Shown piece by piece: positions 39,351 to 51,329 of a DNA stretch of 64,000 nucleotides. Position 1 is the stretch's first letter; the number at the start of each line of letters is the position of its first letter. A program made the position numbers and the translations under genes. Source of the DNA: Camelus ferus (lineage: Eukaryota); the NCBI RefSeq assembly GCF_009834535.1, contig NC_045697.1:23500001-23564000 (forward strand), read 5' to 3'. The notes beneath the pieces were generated by a model that saw only the letters and a program-made list of their open reading frames with translations, was not told the DNA's origin and searched no databases.

Positions 39351-41249
39351 TAACCACAAAGCAGGGAAAGAAGTAGCACGGTGTATCTGGCCCTTGGCAC
39401 ACGCTTGGTTTCCAGACTTCCTCTTAGTATAGGACGCATCGCCAAAATGTTGCCAGTAAAGCAAACCAAAATGTCAACGGCACCTAGCAGTAGAGTGAAT
39501 TCGCACTAGCCCTTGGCTGAGAAGCCCTGCTGTGAAAAAATGCATTAGGCGGTTCTGTTTATATGAGCGCAGTGCCTCTGGAATGTAGTGGGACACGACA
39601 CTGTAATTGCAAAAGTAGTTTTGCAGCACAGTTAATTTTTAAAGTTCTTTTTTTTAAAGAATGATTCTGTCTGCTTGATATACTTTTGCCTTTTATGCAT
39701 TTTTTTTTCTGTGAATTTAACCCACAGTCCTTTTTGCTGAAATACTAAGTGCTGCATTGTAATCCCTAAAATATTTTTAAAAGACGTTCTGGAAAGGTGA
39801 AGGGATGGAGTTTCAGTACCCCATAAATATGGGATTGAAAGCTTTAATAAAAGTGGGTTCGGGTCCAAGATCAAAGTCAGCAGAGGCAAATTCTGAGACC
39901 TAGTCCCTCAGGATCTCACCAAGGCATGTATTTCTATTACTTTTAAAGAAAGAGGAGTTTAGCTTTTCGAGAACTTAGTCTCCATTCTCTCAACTGTCTG
40001 ATAGTTGGTATTTACTCGCTATGCAGAAATCCTTTGGAAATATTGTGGAGTTCTTTTTCTATCTCAGGATGAAAATAAGATGGGTGGATCTGTATGCATG
40101 AGTTGCCAGTGTTAGCAGCTTCATGAAGAACGACTAGAAGTGTAGATTCCATCCTGGAGGCAGACTCAGGTCTGATTTGGGGGTGCATTGCCCTTGAGAG
40201 AAGCTCAAGGGCCTTATGAAGACTGCATTGTCATCCAGCTATGCATTTGTTCTAGCACCTCGATAAAAGGAACTTCTCTTTCCCCATCCACAAATTCCAT
40301 TTTTTTTGAGATTATGAAAATCATATCAGGAATGAATAACATTAAAATGGAAAAATCATTTTCTCCACTCCCTGAAACATAAAAATAAAAGTGGGAAGAG
40401 TAAAGCGGCAGCGTTGTGAATGCAGTTATGAAAACGTGTGTGTCAGTGAAGAAAGCCATCTCTGCTGCAGCAGAATGACTTCTGCTCCACCCCTGTGTGG
40501 GCAATGCACCACCTTCTGTTGTCCTTAGAGTCCCATTTCCAGGGCTTCACAACAGTTTGAGTTGGTGCTACTGGGGACAGAGGAAGAATTTGACCTTTGT
40601 TAGAAACCATTTGGCTTCAGCGTATCAAGGTCTACAGTTGATGGTTTTTTAAAGAGCAAAGTATCAGCATATGAAATGTGACTGTATTAAGGTAGACTTC
40701 TAAAATTCCAATATGTTACACTTCCCAGAATGGACACATTGGTCAATGAATGAAAACAGTCTCCTATCAGCTCTGTTAGACTGTCTGACACAATGTACGG
40801 ATGGAATCAATTCACAAGAAGAATGTCTGCAGGAGGGAGCAGAGGGGTTAATATTTAAATATGATTTACTCATACTTGTAGTAGTACTCATGACAATGAA
40901 AAAATGAGTTTAAGTGGACCTTAAGTCATATAATTGATGTGCTATAATTGCACAGCACAGGTAATTGGAATGAAGGTATTAAAGGAGGTCATTCAGGAAT
41001 ATCCAGACACGCACAAAAAAACTCAATGCTTGTAGTTTGGAAGGGATCTGGCACTCTGTCTGCTGAGATGTCTGGATATAACCAGCCTTAGATTTAGCTG
41101 TCATATGGCAGAAGCACATAAACACTCTCTTTCCTTTCTGGTGTGTCTGTGCCAATACACTGGGGATCTTTGAGAATATCTGATTAACCTCTGTATCCAA
41201 ATGTTGTTTATAAGTTAAATATATCCAGCTTTGAAATAAAAAAAAAAAG
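38841..41249 (+). pseudogene. L1-mediated retrocopy of an unidentified cellular (apparently non-coding) RNA, with TSD and A-tail
   Basis: Exact 15-bp direct repeat AGTGAATTACCAGAG at 38826-38840 and 41250-41264 (17/18 if extended). Left site reads tc|aaaag, an L1-endonuclease-like site. GC-rich 5' end; AATAAA at 41235-41240 runs into an A-tract ending 41248. Flanking L2-like sequence continues across the insert. Confidence 0.88.
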
Positions 41250-41264
41250 AGTGAATTACCAGAG

Positions 41265-41805
41265 AAGACAAAAGAAATACTTGGGAGTATTCAAGAAACA
41301 AACAAAACTTCTGGGTTGCTGCAATATATACAATACTAGGGTTAGTTTAGAAGGAGACACTTTTGGATGTTAGGCTGGGGCCAGAATATGCTGAATATTA
41401 GCAGTGGGGACTGGTAAAATTAGGAATACAATTTAAAGATAGAGAAGATATAGAGGCTCTAGAGACTCAAAGATGATGTCAGATTTTAGGCATACAACTC
41501 AATAGACAGTGATTTCATTTAATGAGTTGGAGAAGACATGGATAGACTGCAGTTTGATGGAAGCTCTTTTAGTAGAAATCAATGGGACCTTTTGGATATA
41601 GCAATTTGGAAATACCTATTAGTGATAAACACAAAGAAAAGAAGATGGAGGCAGAATTTTGGTGACTTTAAAGGAGTGAATACTAGCAAAGAAGACTGAA
41701 GGAAGATAATGAGATGGGGGGAAAATCAAGCTATGTAGTATCACAGAAGACAAAACAGCATTTCTGGAGGGAAACTGAGAGTGGTAATTCTTTCAAATGT
41801 TACTG
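41265..41805 (-). mobile_element. L2 fragment (continues from ~38500-38825)
   Basis: Antisense-L2 purine-rich motifs (tcaaagatgatgtcagattttagg, ttttggatatagcaatttggaaatacctatt, gcaaagaagactgaagg, tcaaatgttactgaga). Confidence 0.6.
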
Positions 41806-41809
41806 AGAC

Positions 41810-42140
41810 ATGCACAAAAATGAAAAGGGGATTTTTAGGGCAATGAAACCACTCTGTGTGGTACTAGAGTGGTTGAGTCAAGTCATTATACATTTGTCTA
41901 AACCCATAGACTGTACAACACCAGGAGTGAACTGTAATGTAAGCTGTGGTCTTTGGGTGATAATGATATGTCAATATAGGTCCATCAGTTGTAGCAAATG
42001 CACCACTCTGGGTGAGGATATTGATACTAGAGGAGGCTATGCATGTGCAGGAGCAGAGGGTGTAGGGGAAATCTCTGCACCTTCTGCTTAATATTGCTGT
42101 GTATCTAAATCTACTCTTAAAATAGCCTATTTAAAGAAAA
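41810..42140 (+). mobile_element. L1MC-type LINE-1 3' end
   Basis: tcattatacatttgtctaaacccatagactgtacaacaccaggagtgaac…gaggctatgcatgtgcagg…tactcttaaaatagcc. ORF 41810..42091 is a chance frame in this 3' UTR. Confidence 0.88.
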
Positions 42141-42454
42141 AAATTAATACAAGACATTGGCTATTGGCATAAGCATGAGGATGACTACCAGAAACTTGTT
42201 TCAGTGAAAGTATGTAGAGTCCTCTTGGAGCTGGCTTAGGATAGAAAAAAAAAGTAAACTGTAAATATGGAAATATAAGCATATATCTTTTCAGAAGTTT
42301 TGCTGTGAGATGGATAGTTTGGCAGAGTTACCAGGCACAAAACTGATTATGTTTGAAGCCTTTTGGAAATTTTATGTATTTCCTTTGAATGTGACACTGA
42401 ATAGAGGCTTATTTTAAGATGGATGTAAGCTTGTGAGTTGTAAAAATACTAAGA

Positions 42455-42620
42455 ACAGCAAACATTTACAGAGCACTAAACTGTGCCAGATACTACTCGG
42501 AATGGGTAGGTCCTCTTACCAGCATTATGTGTATCATTTACCGTTTTCCTGAGGAGGAGACTGAAATGTAGAAATTAGAGTTACCTACGTTTATATGGCA
42601 GAGCTAAGAGTAGAAACGGT
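42455..42620 (-). mobile_element. MIR SINE
   Basis: aacatttacagagcactaaactgtgccagatact…ccgttttcctgaggaggagactgaa…ggcagagctaaga. Confidence 0.65.
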
Positions 42621-44621
42621 TTAGGATCTGAAACAAGCACACAAATAAGCAAAGAAGGCAGGAGTGTCTGTTGGATCCAAGGGGTTGTGGAAAGTCAGAA
42701 TGAAAGTGGGTGCTAAGAAGTGCTTCTGAGCCTTGGCTGAGGGTCATGGGACTAAAGAACGTTTCTCAAAGTTTGTGCCACAAAGTAAATCGAAGGTGCC
42801 GCAGCCAAGCCAGAAGAAAGGATTCTGAATGATTGATATAAAGATAGATGCACTTTTACTGCAACAAGAACAGAAGTATAGAGATAAAAAAGAATGCAGT
42901 TAGAAAGGAGATTCACGAATTGAGAGCCAGGTGTCAGTTAAAGTTTATAAATGGATACTTTCAGGGTGTTACTTTTATTTTTTTCAGTGTTCTTAGTTTA
43001 CATTTACTTGAGTAAGCTGGGTTTTTTGAAGGTGAGTGGCCAAGATAGATTGGACCGGAAAAATATGAGGCAGAGATGTAAGAGAGATGTAAGAAAGCTA
43101 CAAAGTGCTATGGAGCTTTAAAAAAGTGAAGCAGTGTTTGAAGGATGAGAAGAGTTTTCACAGAAAATTGACCAGTTAAGATGGGCCTTAAAAAATGGAT
43201 GAGAATTTAATGATGAGTGATTAGAAGGACATGTATTGTGGCTGGAGAAGCATCCTTAGTATCTCATCAAGCCATTCATTCATCCATTCATTCATAAAAC
43301 ATGTATTTATCGACCTATTACGGGTACAGCACTTTTAACATATTGAAAACTAGAGTATGAAAGAATAATTACAATACCAACATAATTTACTACCATTATG
43401 TGAAAGTCAATAATTTACAGCAGTTGTCCAAGTGGTTATTTCAGACTTAAAAAACACACCTTAGAAAAGCTGGAGCAATAAAATATATAGCATAATTTAC
43501 ACTGAATAGCATAGAACATCATATATATAGCATGCATATGAGAAATATATATTCAATAAAAATAGCCAATAAAACCAATATGTGTATACATTTTAATATA
43601 CTTTCTTGTATTCAGTTCTCTGAAAAATATTTTTTGTTTTACCTGCCCTATGCCTCTATATTTATAACTACAATTAAATATGTAGTATAATTTAACATTG
43701 CACACTTTAACAAAAAACCTATTTACATAGTAATTATTTTACATAAATGTATACCATTTTATGGGACTCTAGATATTAAATCTACTTACTACATCTTCCC
43801 TACAACATTTGAAACTGATTAATTTCAGCTGAGGATTAGGAGCAAGTTTACTGAATTATTTTCATCATATCCAGGGTTTAATGACTCTAATTTTTATAAA
43901 ATTAGATTGTTTAATAATCCACAAACAAGCTTTACACTACATTACAGATTTATTTACTTTTTGTTTCCATTTTGCTTAACAGAGTGTTTTAACCATTTAT
44001 TCCATTTAATCATGTCTTTGATTACTGGTGATTTGTCATCTTATATTTAGGTATATACATTACATGCTCTAATTTTTCTTCATTGATAAAAGGATTATAA
44101 CTTTCACTAATAAACAGATTTAATTTGTAACTAACTAGGATCATTTAACTCCTTCCTGCTTCCAGGCAAACTATCAGGACTTATATTTAACTACTTGAAG
44201 TTGATTTTATATCTGTCTAAATGTATCTTTTTTTATGAAAATGGTTTATTTCAAGATATAAATCATCTAGCTAATTGCCTCTACACCCCTTCAGTTTTCT
44301 CACTGAGGGCAACTTAACCTTCAGCTGTTGAAATCTGGCCACTATTTGTGAATTCAAAGTTTTCAGAACTATTGAAATTTCTATTTTCATCTAGTTCCTT
44401 AATTCTAACAACTGGACATCAGCCATGATCAAACAACCAAGCCCTTTCTTTGTACTAAGTTTCTAATAGCATAGTCTCCATGTTATTGTCACATGCCTGA
44501 ACACTTGACAAGATATTACAACTATGAGCTAATTCTTTCGGTGGGGGATCTTCCTTCTTACCGTCAGACTTGCTCTATTCTCAGATTCTACTCCCTGTAC
44601 CTCACCTGGGATCCATATCGT

Positions 44622-44805
44622 GTTTTTTGTTTTGTTTTGTTTTTGTATATATATATTTTTTTAATTGAAGTATAGTCAGTTTACAATGTTGTGTCAATTT
44701 CTGGTGTACAGCATGATAGTTCAGTCATACAAGAACATACATATATTTGTTTTCATAGTCTTTTTTACTGTAAGTTACCATAAGATATTGAATATAGTTC
44801 CCTGT
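44622..44805 (-). mobile_element. Younger camelid/cetartiodactyl-type L1 3' end
   Basis: T-rich tail then aattgaagtatagtcagtttacaatgttgtgtcaatttctggtgtacagcat…gatattgaatatagttccctgt. Confidence 0.85.
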
Positions 44806-45190
44806 AAATGCAATGGGTGACCCTGAACTGGATATTGTACCAGAATGAAAAGGGTTATTGAAATAATTAATGGTATTTGAATATAGACAATGTATTAGAT
44901 AAAAGTGTATCAATATTAAATTTTCTGATGTTGATCACTGTACTATGGATATATCAGAGAATGTTCTTGAAGCTATGAAATACAAATTTTAGTGTTTAGA
45001 TGAAAAAGACTGTGATAATTACTATTTTAGTCTCAAATACCTCAGAAAAAATTATATAGATGGATTGAGAACATAAAGCAAATAGTGTAAACATGTAAAT
45101 AGCTGCTGAATTTGGATAAAAGTATACTGGAATCCTTTGTAGTATGCTGATTTTTTTTTTGGTAATTTGCAAATTCTATCAAAAAAGAAA
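44806..45190 (+). mobile_element. L1ME-type 3' end
   Basis: aaatgcaatgggtgaccctgaactggat…gtatcaatattaaattttctga…agagaatgttcttg…tgctgaatttggataaaagtatact. Confidence 0.7.
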
Positions 45191-46569
45191 AAAATTATTG
45201 GATGTATAAGTGGAATTTTAATATGAAAAAATATGATCATTTGACATTCTGTAAACAGCTTAGTTTTAGAAAGCTAAACATATTCTTGAAGACAATTTAT
45301 TAAACTTATAAGAATCATCTTAAGTATTTGGAAATATTTTGCTTGTTACTATTTGAAGCTTATTTCTTCAGGTATTTTAGTGCTTAAAGAGAAAACTGAA
45401 CACTTTAAATACATAATAAATTAATTTGATGAAGTTTTCAAGTGGAAATTATTATTGAAATATTGAGTTGATTTTTTCTAACTATAATCAGAGCCTCTCC
45501 AGAAAATAGTATTTCTTTGGAACATGAAATTTAATTGATAAATAATATAACGACATATATAGATACAACTTAACAACTTAAATATAACTAATTTTTCTAA
45601 TTTGTTAACAAAAACTGTCTTTTGAAATCAGAATCTGCCTCCTAGCAATTAAAAAAAAAAAGAGGAAAATATCCACATTAATTGATTTCACGCCCTGGAC
45701 CTGATTTTCTGTACTGAGGCTCCCCTCCTGGGATGTGGTTGTTGCTGTGCTTTGCAGTTTATTCACTACTTATCTGTCTACCTCAACTCTTTTTTTTTTG
45801 CCCATAAGATGACTGTCTCTGTTAGGACTAGCCAAATTATCATTGTTTTAAGATTAGATTGAATGTTTATAATGTAAGATCTTAATGGAGAAGAGGATGA
45901 AATCATTTGGGGTAGATAATTCAATCAGGACTAAAGATTGAAAAAATTTGTGCAAATAGTGAAAACCACTGCTTCTTCCTTTTTAGAAAAACAGAGGTCA
46001 CTTGGCAAATCAGCATCCTCTGGGGAGATCTTGCATGTGTCTGAAGTATGTTCTTATAACTTTTGATGTAATTTCTATTTAATCATATTTGACAGCACTT
46101 AACAATTAAAGACACCATATTTTGACCCTGAGTTCTTAAGTCAGTTCTATAAAGTGACACTTGTGTTTGCTTTTGTGGAGAGGAAGGATTTGTCTTGATT
46201 GCTGATTTTCCTTTTATATCATTTGATGTTTTAGAATCGTGACATATTTGTAAGGTCAAGTAAAAAAATACGCTGATGTGGAGAAATATGCAAGAACACG
46301 GTTTGCTTTTCAACTTTTGTTCTCTAGTTGAGGCAAAGTTAAAAAAAAACAAACTGAAGTTTTATAGGACAAACTCATACTTCCCAGATGTGCTTATTAC
46401 AGAAAAAAAGAAAAGTAGTTAACTTTCTATTGTTTAAATATTTCCTAACAAGTTCTGCTCAGGACAAATTAATTGATAACATTTTAAGAATTATCTGGAA
46501 AATAAAGGTTAAGCAAAGGACAACTTTTATAACCAAATGAGTTAAAAAAAAAAGTTTCATTTGCTTTTC

Positions 46570-46900
46570 AGTTAACTTTAACGTACAGAATAGTTTTTGA
46601 TTCATAGAAAAATTGAGAAGCTAATAACTAGAGTTCCCATGTACCCCTCATCCAGTCTCTTCTATTATTAACATCATTATTAACATTACAAAATAGGGTA
46701 TATTTGTCACAATTAATAAACAAATGTGATTACACTATTATTTATTAAAGTATCTAGTTTATCAGATTAACTTAGCTTATACCCAACATCTTTTTTTCTC
46801 TTCCAGGATCCCATTCAGAGTGCCACATTACTTTTTAGTACTGATGTCTCCTTAGGCTCTTCTTGGTTGTGACAATTTTTTAGACTTCCCTGCTTTCTTG
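46570..46900 (-). mobile_element. L1MC/MD-type 3' end
   Basis: gattcatagaaaaattgagaag…agagttcccatgtacccc…ttccaggatcccattcagagtgccacatt…tgtctccttaggctcttcttgg. Confidence 0.75.
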
Positions 46901-48654
46901 TTTTAGATCAGGAATTCTCAAAATTGTAAGAGTTGGAATAATGACTTCCAGGTTCTTTACATCCTGAAGCTGAAACTATCAAGTCTAAATTATATTTTCA
47001 ACTTTCCACTGGTTATTGTCTCCCCTCTCTATATGTTTGCAAAGAGACACTATGCTTCGCCACATTGCCTTAACAGTACGTTATTTTTTAGTTAAATATT
47101 TGATGAGCAAGAATTAAAATTTCCCAAGGAACTTCAAAACATTTAAAAGCAGGTAAATTTGTTTTTAAAATTTTTTTTTTTTATTTTTAAATCCATTTTT
47201 TAACATGAGGTTAAGACAACTGTTATACTTACCATATGCTTGTGTAGGAACATGTTCTGTGCATCTGTTATTTTACTGATTGATTAGGAATATGTTATGA
47301 GAATTGTGAATTTGAAACCTCTCTAGTTACTGGCATCTACCACAACCTTAGTCCTGAAGAAATGAAAATTAGCCACCAAGAGTGAAAGTCAGTTTCGGAA
47401 AAAATATATACCAACTTCCTGATGTAGAAAATAAAATCATGCTAAAATGAGATTTCTTTTTTGTTTTTTTCTTTCTCTTTCCTTCTTCCTTTCTTTCATT
47501 AAATTGAAGAATAAAAGTCATCGTAAAATGAAAATATATTTCCTGGCTTAAAATGACTTAAATGAAATAAATAAAAGACAAAATTACAGAGAACACAAAA
47601 TTTAGGTAGCAGGAATCCTAAGTGAAGCATGGTTAATTAAATTTCCTAAAAAATGGAGAGATATATATAGATGTGTGTGTGTATATATATATATGGTGTC
47701 AGTATATATTAATTTAATATTTCGTCTCCAGATATTTATTAGGTACCTATTACACACTAAATCCCATTAGAAAATAAACACAAGAATGATGCAGATTTTT
47801 GTTTGAAGGAACAGATACTCACAGTATAATAGAATGGATATATCTGGAGGGGATGTTATACAGAATTGAATCCAACACCTACATTCAGCGACCAGGAAAC
47901 TGAAGACCAGAGACTTCATTACAAAATGAATGTCAGTATCTCTAAAACCCGGTTCCTTGCTATAGTAGAAGAAATGTATTAAAAATAGTAAGAACAAAAC
48001 TATAATGCAAAGATTAATGTAGTATATGTTATCAGAAAGTACTGATAAAATGCTATGTGTATGAAAATCATTTCATGTAAAGTAATTCAAAAACCACTTC
48101 TAGGTTTTTTTAGAATTACTACTTCAGTACCCAAAGTGATGTCCTCAGGGTTAATGGAGATCAGTTGGTCACCAGAACTTGAAAATATATTCACAGTATC
48201 TAGCTGTTTAAAGAAAAAATTTAGCTTAATCTATCACATTAGCTTCCCACTTGAAAATTCTGGTTTTTATCTCCATAGCTTTCTCCCTATACATAGCTCT
48301 TGTCAAAATATTTCACACGTAATCACAAAATCTTGGCCAAATATCTCATACCTGTCTTCAGTGTTTCTGTTCCAAATAGGTACTAGTAACACTTATCAAA
48401 TATTGAGTAAACAACATGCTGGAAAAATCACAATACCTTTAGTAATCATCTGCTTCCAATAATACAGTCCCAAAACAGCAGTTAGTAGGATGTGTGTAAT
48501 TTCACAACTTGTGTGCTTGGCAGTTACACTAAAATCAACATTTGGTGATAAAGTTATTTCTGGCAATGTGTGTTATTTATGTCAAAGACAATATATGTGT
48601 TACGTTTGAAGAAATTCTCACAAGCCATATACTGGGACAGAATATATGCAAGAC

Positions 48655-49165
48655 TGCAGTAGGCACCTTCTTAGATGACTCCTCAGAATGAATCCTCATC
48701 CCAGAATTCTCAGCCTTGTTAGTGTGTATTGGACCTAGTGACTTGCTTCTAATGAATAGAACATGCCAAAGGGAACATGATACCACTTCCATGATTAGGT
48801 TATGGAAGGTTGTGACTTCAGCTTGCTAGCCTTCTCCCTCTTGCCCTCTTGCAGAGCACGATGCAGCAAGCTTCCATGTTGTAAACTGCTTTATGGGGAG
48901 ACACACATGGCAAGGAACCAAGGGACACTTCCAGACAAGAGCTTGTGAGGATCAAGGACTCAGTTCAAAAACATGGGAGGAGCTAAATCCTGCCAACATC
49001 AGGTGAGTAAACAGGGGACGTCACCCCAGTCTAGGCTTGTGATGACTGCAGCTAAGCTGTGTACAGATCCTTGCCTCATAGAAACTGTGGGGTAAAAAAG
49101 TGCATGTTGTTTTATGCTGGTACCTTTTGGTGTAATTTGTTTCACAATGATAAATAACTAATACG
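48655..49165 (+). mobile_element. MaLR solo LTR (MLT1F/G-like)
   Basis: ggacctagtgacttgcttctaatgaataga…ccacttccatgattaggtta…catggcaaggaac…aatcctgccaac…gatgactgcagc…gtaatttgtt…aactaatacg. Confidence 0.85.
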
Positions 49166-50224
49166 TGGTTTTAATGAACAACTTGTGCTAGTGATGATGT
49201 TTATCTTGATGTGCTGTGATAAAACAGTTTTTCTTAATTGTTTTGATGACAGATTGCCTCGCCCTGAGTCACTATTTTAAGACTCAGAAAAGGAACTTAA
49301 AATGAATTAACAAATACCTACTTTCCAAGGGGTATTTCCATCTAAAAAGAAGAATCTAACATGAGATAGACACTTTAAGTTGGATAAATGCCACTGATAT
49401 TAAATCACAATTCAAGACACCCATTCTTCCTTCCAGGAACCTGCCCACCAATCTTGATTGTGAGATGTAAATGTATCTTGAATTTTTACTAGGGAGTAAA
49501 ATGATTCTTAGAAGACGACAAAGGTTCTCTTCACTATGACAATGACCATCTGCAAGTTATTTCAAGGTTCTGAATTTTCATCTCAGCAGAAAATTAATTA
49601 TAAGACTATCTCAGCTTTTAATGGATTTTGAATGATCTAAAAATCCTCTCTGTATATTTAATGTATAATTCTTTTATATTAATAGCAGAACAGATATGAG
49701 GAATAAACTTTATGAAGCATACAGAACATCAATAACTCACCATGTATTTGAAGTCTTACACTTACTTTTTTTAAATGTATGCTCTGAATAAGATCAATTT
49801 TCTCATAAGAAGCATTTGCAATGTAGCTGAAAATACCTAATAGAAATTTGTGTTATTTCTTTAGGATGAATGCTGACTAATTTTCTCTCTCTTGCTTGTT
49901 TAGTATAACTTTTTGTTCAAAATTTATTTGAAAGTTACTTTCACAACTGTAACACAAATATTTTCAAGCATAAGAAAATGGTTTTTTTTTTTTGTTTGTT
50001 TGCTAACCTAAATGGCATAATTGTTCTTATCGGTGGTAGCATGATATACAAAAGTTCAAATTAGTCATGGAGCCCAAGAAAGCATTGTGAAGTGTTTACA
50101 GTTGATAATGACTTGGTAAAAATGTGTTTTTGTTAGATGTTGTGAAACTGCAACATTATACCAACCATTATAGATTTTACAAAAAGTGGATCAAAGTAAT
50201 GAAGAAACAACCAAACTATGCAAT

Positions 50225-50400
50225 TTGACTATGGGCTATCTATACCTCAGTTTTAACATTTATTAAAATGGGGATAGTATAATAGTACTCATCTCAAAGA
50301 GTTGCTGTAAGGAATAAAGGAGTTACTATTGGTAGGGTGTTTAAACAGTGCCTAGCACATGTAAAGTGCTGTATGTATCAACTATTATTATATTTTTATC
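50225..50400 (+). mobile_element. MIR SINE
   Basis: cctcagtttt…aaaatggggatagtataatagtactcatctcaaagagttgctgtaagga…aacagtgcctagcacatgtaaagtgct. Confidence 0.8.
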
Positions 50401-50585
50401 ATTTTTAGCATTATAATTCTGGCAGGAAATTACAGCTGTGTTGTTTGCTGCAAAGATGCATTCAGATACCTTGACCATAAAAAACAGTGCAATTCACCAA
50501 AATAGTAAATGCTGACCCATGTAAAATTTGTCATATAGTTAATTTAGAGTAAGAAATACATATCCTTTCAGTTAATAACTAAATG

Positions 50586-50629
50586 TAGATAGGTAGATAG
50601 AAATAGAGATAGATAGATAGATAGATAGT

Positions 50630-50681
<52 letters not shown>

Positions 50682-50763
50682 AAGAAAGAAAGAAAGAAAG
50701 AAAGGAAGAAAGAAAGAAAGAAAGAAAGGAAGAAAGGAAGAAAGGAAGAAAGAAAGAAAGAAA
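50586..50763. repeat. Compound (GATA)n-(GAAA)n tetranucleotide microsatellite
   Basis: Read directly. Explains ORF 50579..50815. Confidence 0.97.
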
Positions 50764-50779
50764 ACCTAAAATACTCCTG

Positions 50780-51150
50780 ACAGTTGTCTGACAGAGTAGT
50801 ATACAAAATAACCAAAAATTCTTCCTCTTTTTGAGTTTACATTTCAGTGGCGGGGAAGGTGTGCAGATATAGAAGACAAATGAATACCTATGTGGTATGC
50901 CAGATGGTCATAAATGTTAAATGATACAGGAAGAAAATTAAAAGAAATAAAGGGCCACTAGTAGAAGGGTGAGGGGGGATGCTCTAATTTTAAATAGAGT
51001 GCTCAGAAAAGGACTCCTTGAAGAAGAAACATTTGACCAAAGGCTAAAGGAGGTGAGGAATAAACCACAAGGATAAGGGAGAGTGCTCTTCAGACATAGA
51101 AAACTGTTAATGCAAAGGCCCTGAGGTAGAATGGTACCTGGTGTGTTCCA
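50780..51150 (-). mobile_element. L2 3' fragment
   Basis: ttttaaatagagtgctcagaaaaggactccttgaagaagaaacatttgaccaaaggct…tgcaaaggccctgaggtagaatggtacctggtgtgttccagga. Confidence 0.8.
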
Positions 51151-51329
51151 GGAAATCTTAATAAAATATTTTACCTTAATATCTAATGTAAAATGATCAC
51201 AATATTTCTTATACCAAGAGGCCATTTTAGATGTTTTTTATCTTAAATACCTGATTTTTATTAAATTAAAATTATAACACTTATAGTAAAAGTGTAGTAA
51301 GTTCAACAGATCTGAAATGTACATAGCAT

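Noticed and set aside
38786..39464. Overlapping Pro/Arg/Ala-rich ORFs (108, 101, 113 and 61 aa) at the CpG island
   Set aside because: Expected from stop-codon scarcity in GC-rich DNA. Two of them run across the insertion boundary into flanking sequence, and there is no recognisable homology.
39480..39635. H/ACA snoRNA inside the retrocopy (hairpin tgcaaaa-gtag-ttttgca at 39608-39625 and a nearby ACA)
   Set aside because: I could not build a hairpin-H box-hairpin-ACA fold, and it matches no snoRNA I recall. An Rfam scan would settle it.
38841..41249. Naming the parent as a known lncRNA (for example NORAD or an SNHG gene)
   Set aside because: No sequence match I can vouch for, no Pumilio-site array and no clear snoRNA boxes, so it is left unnamed.
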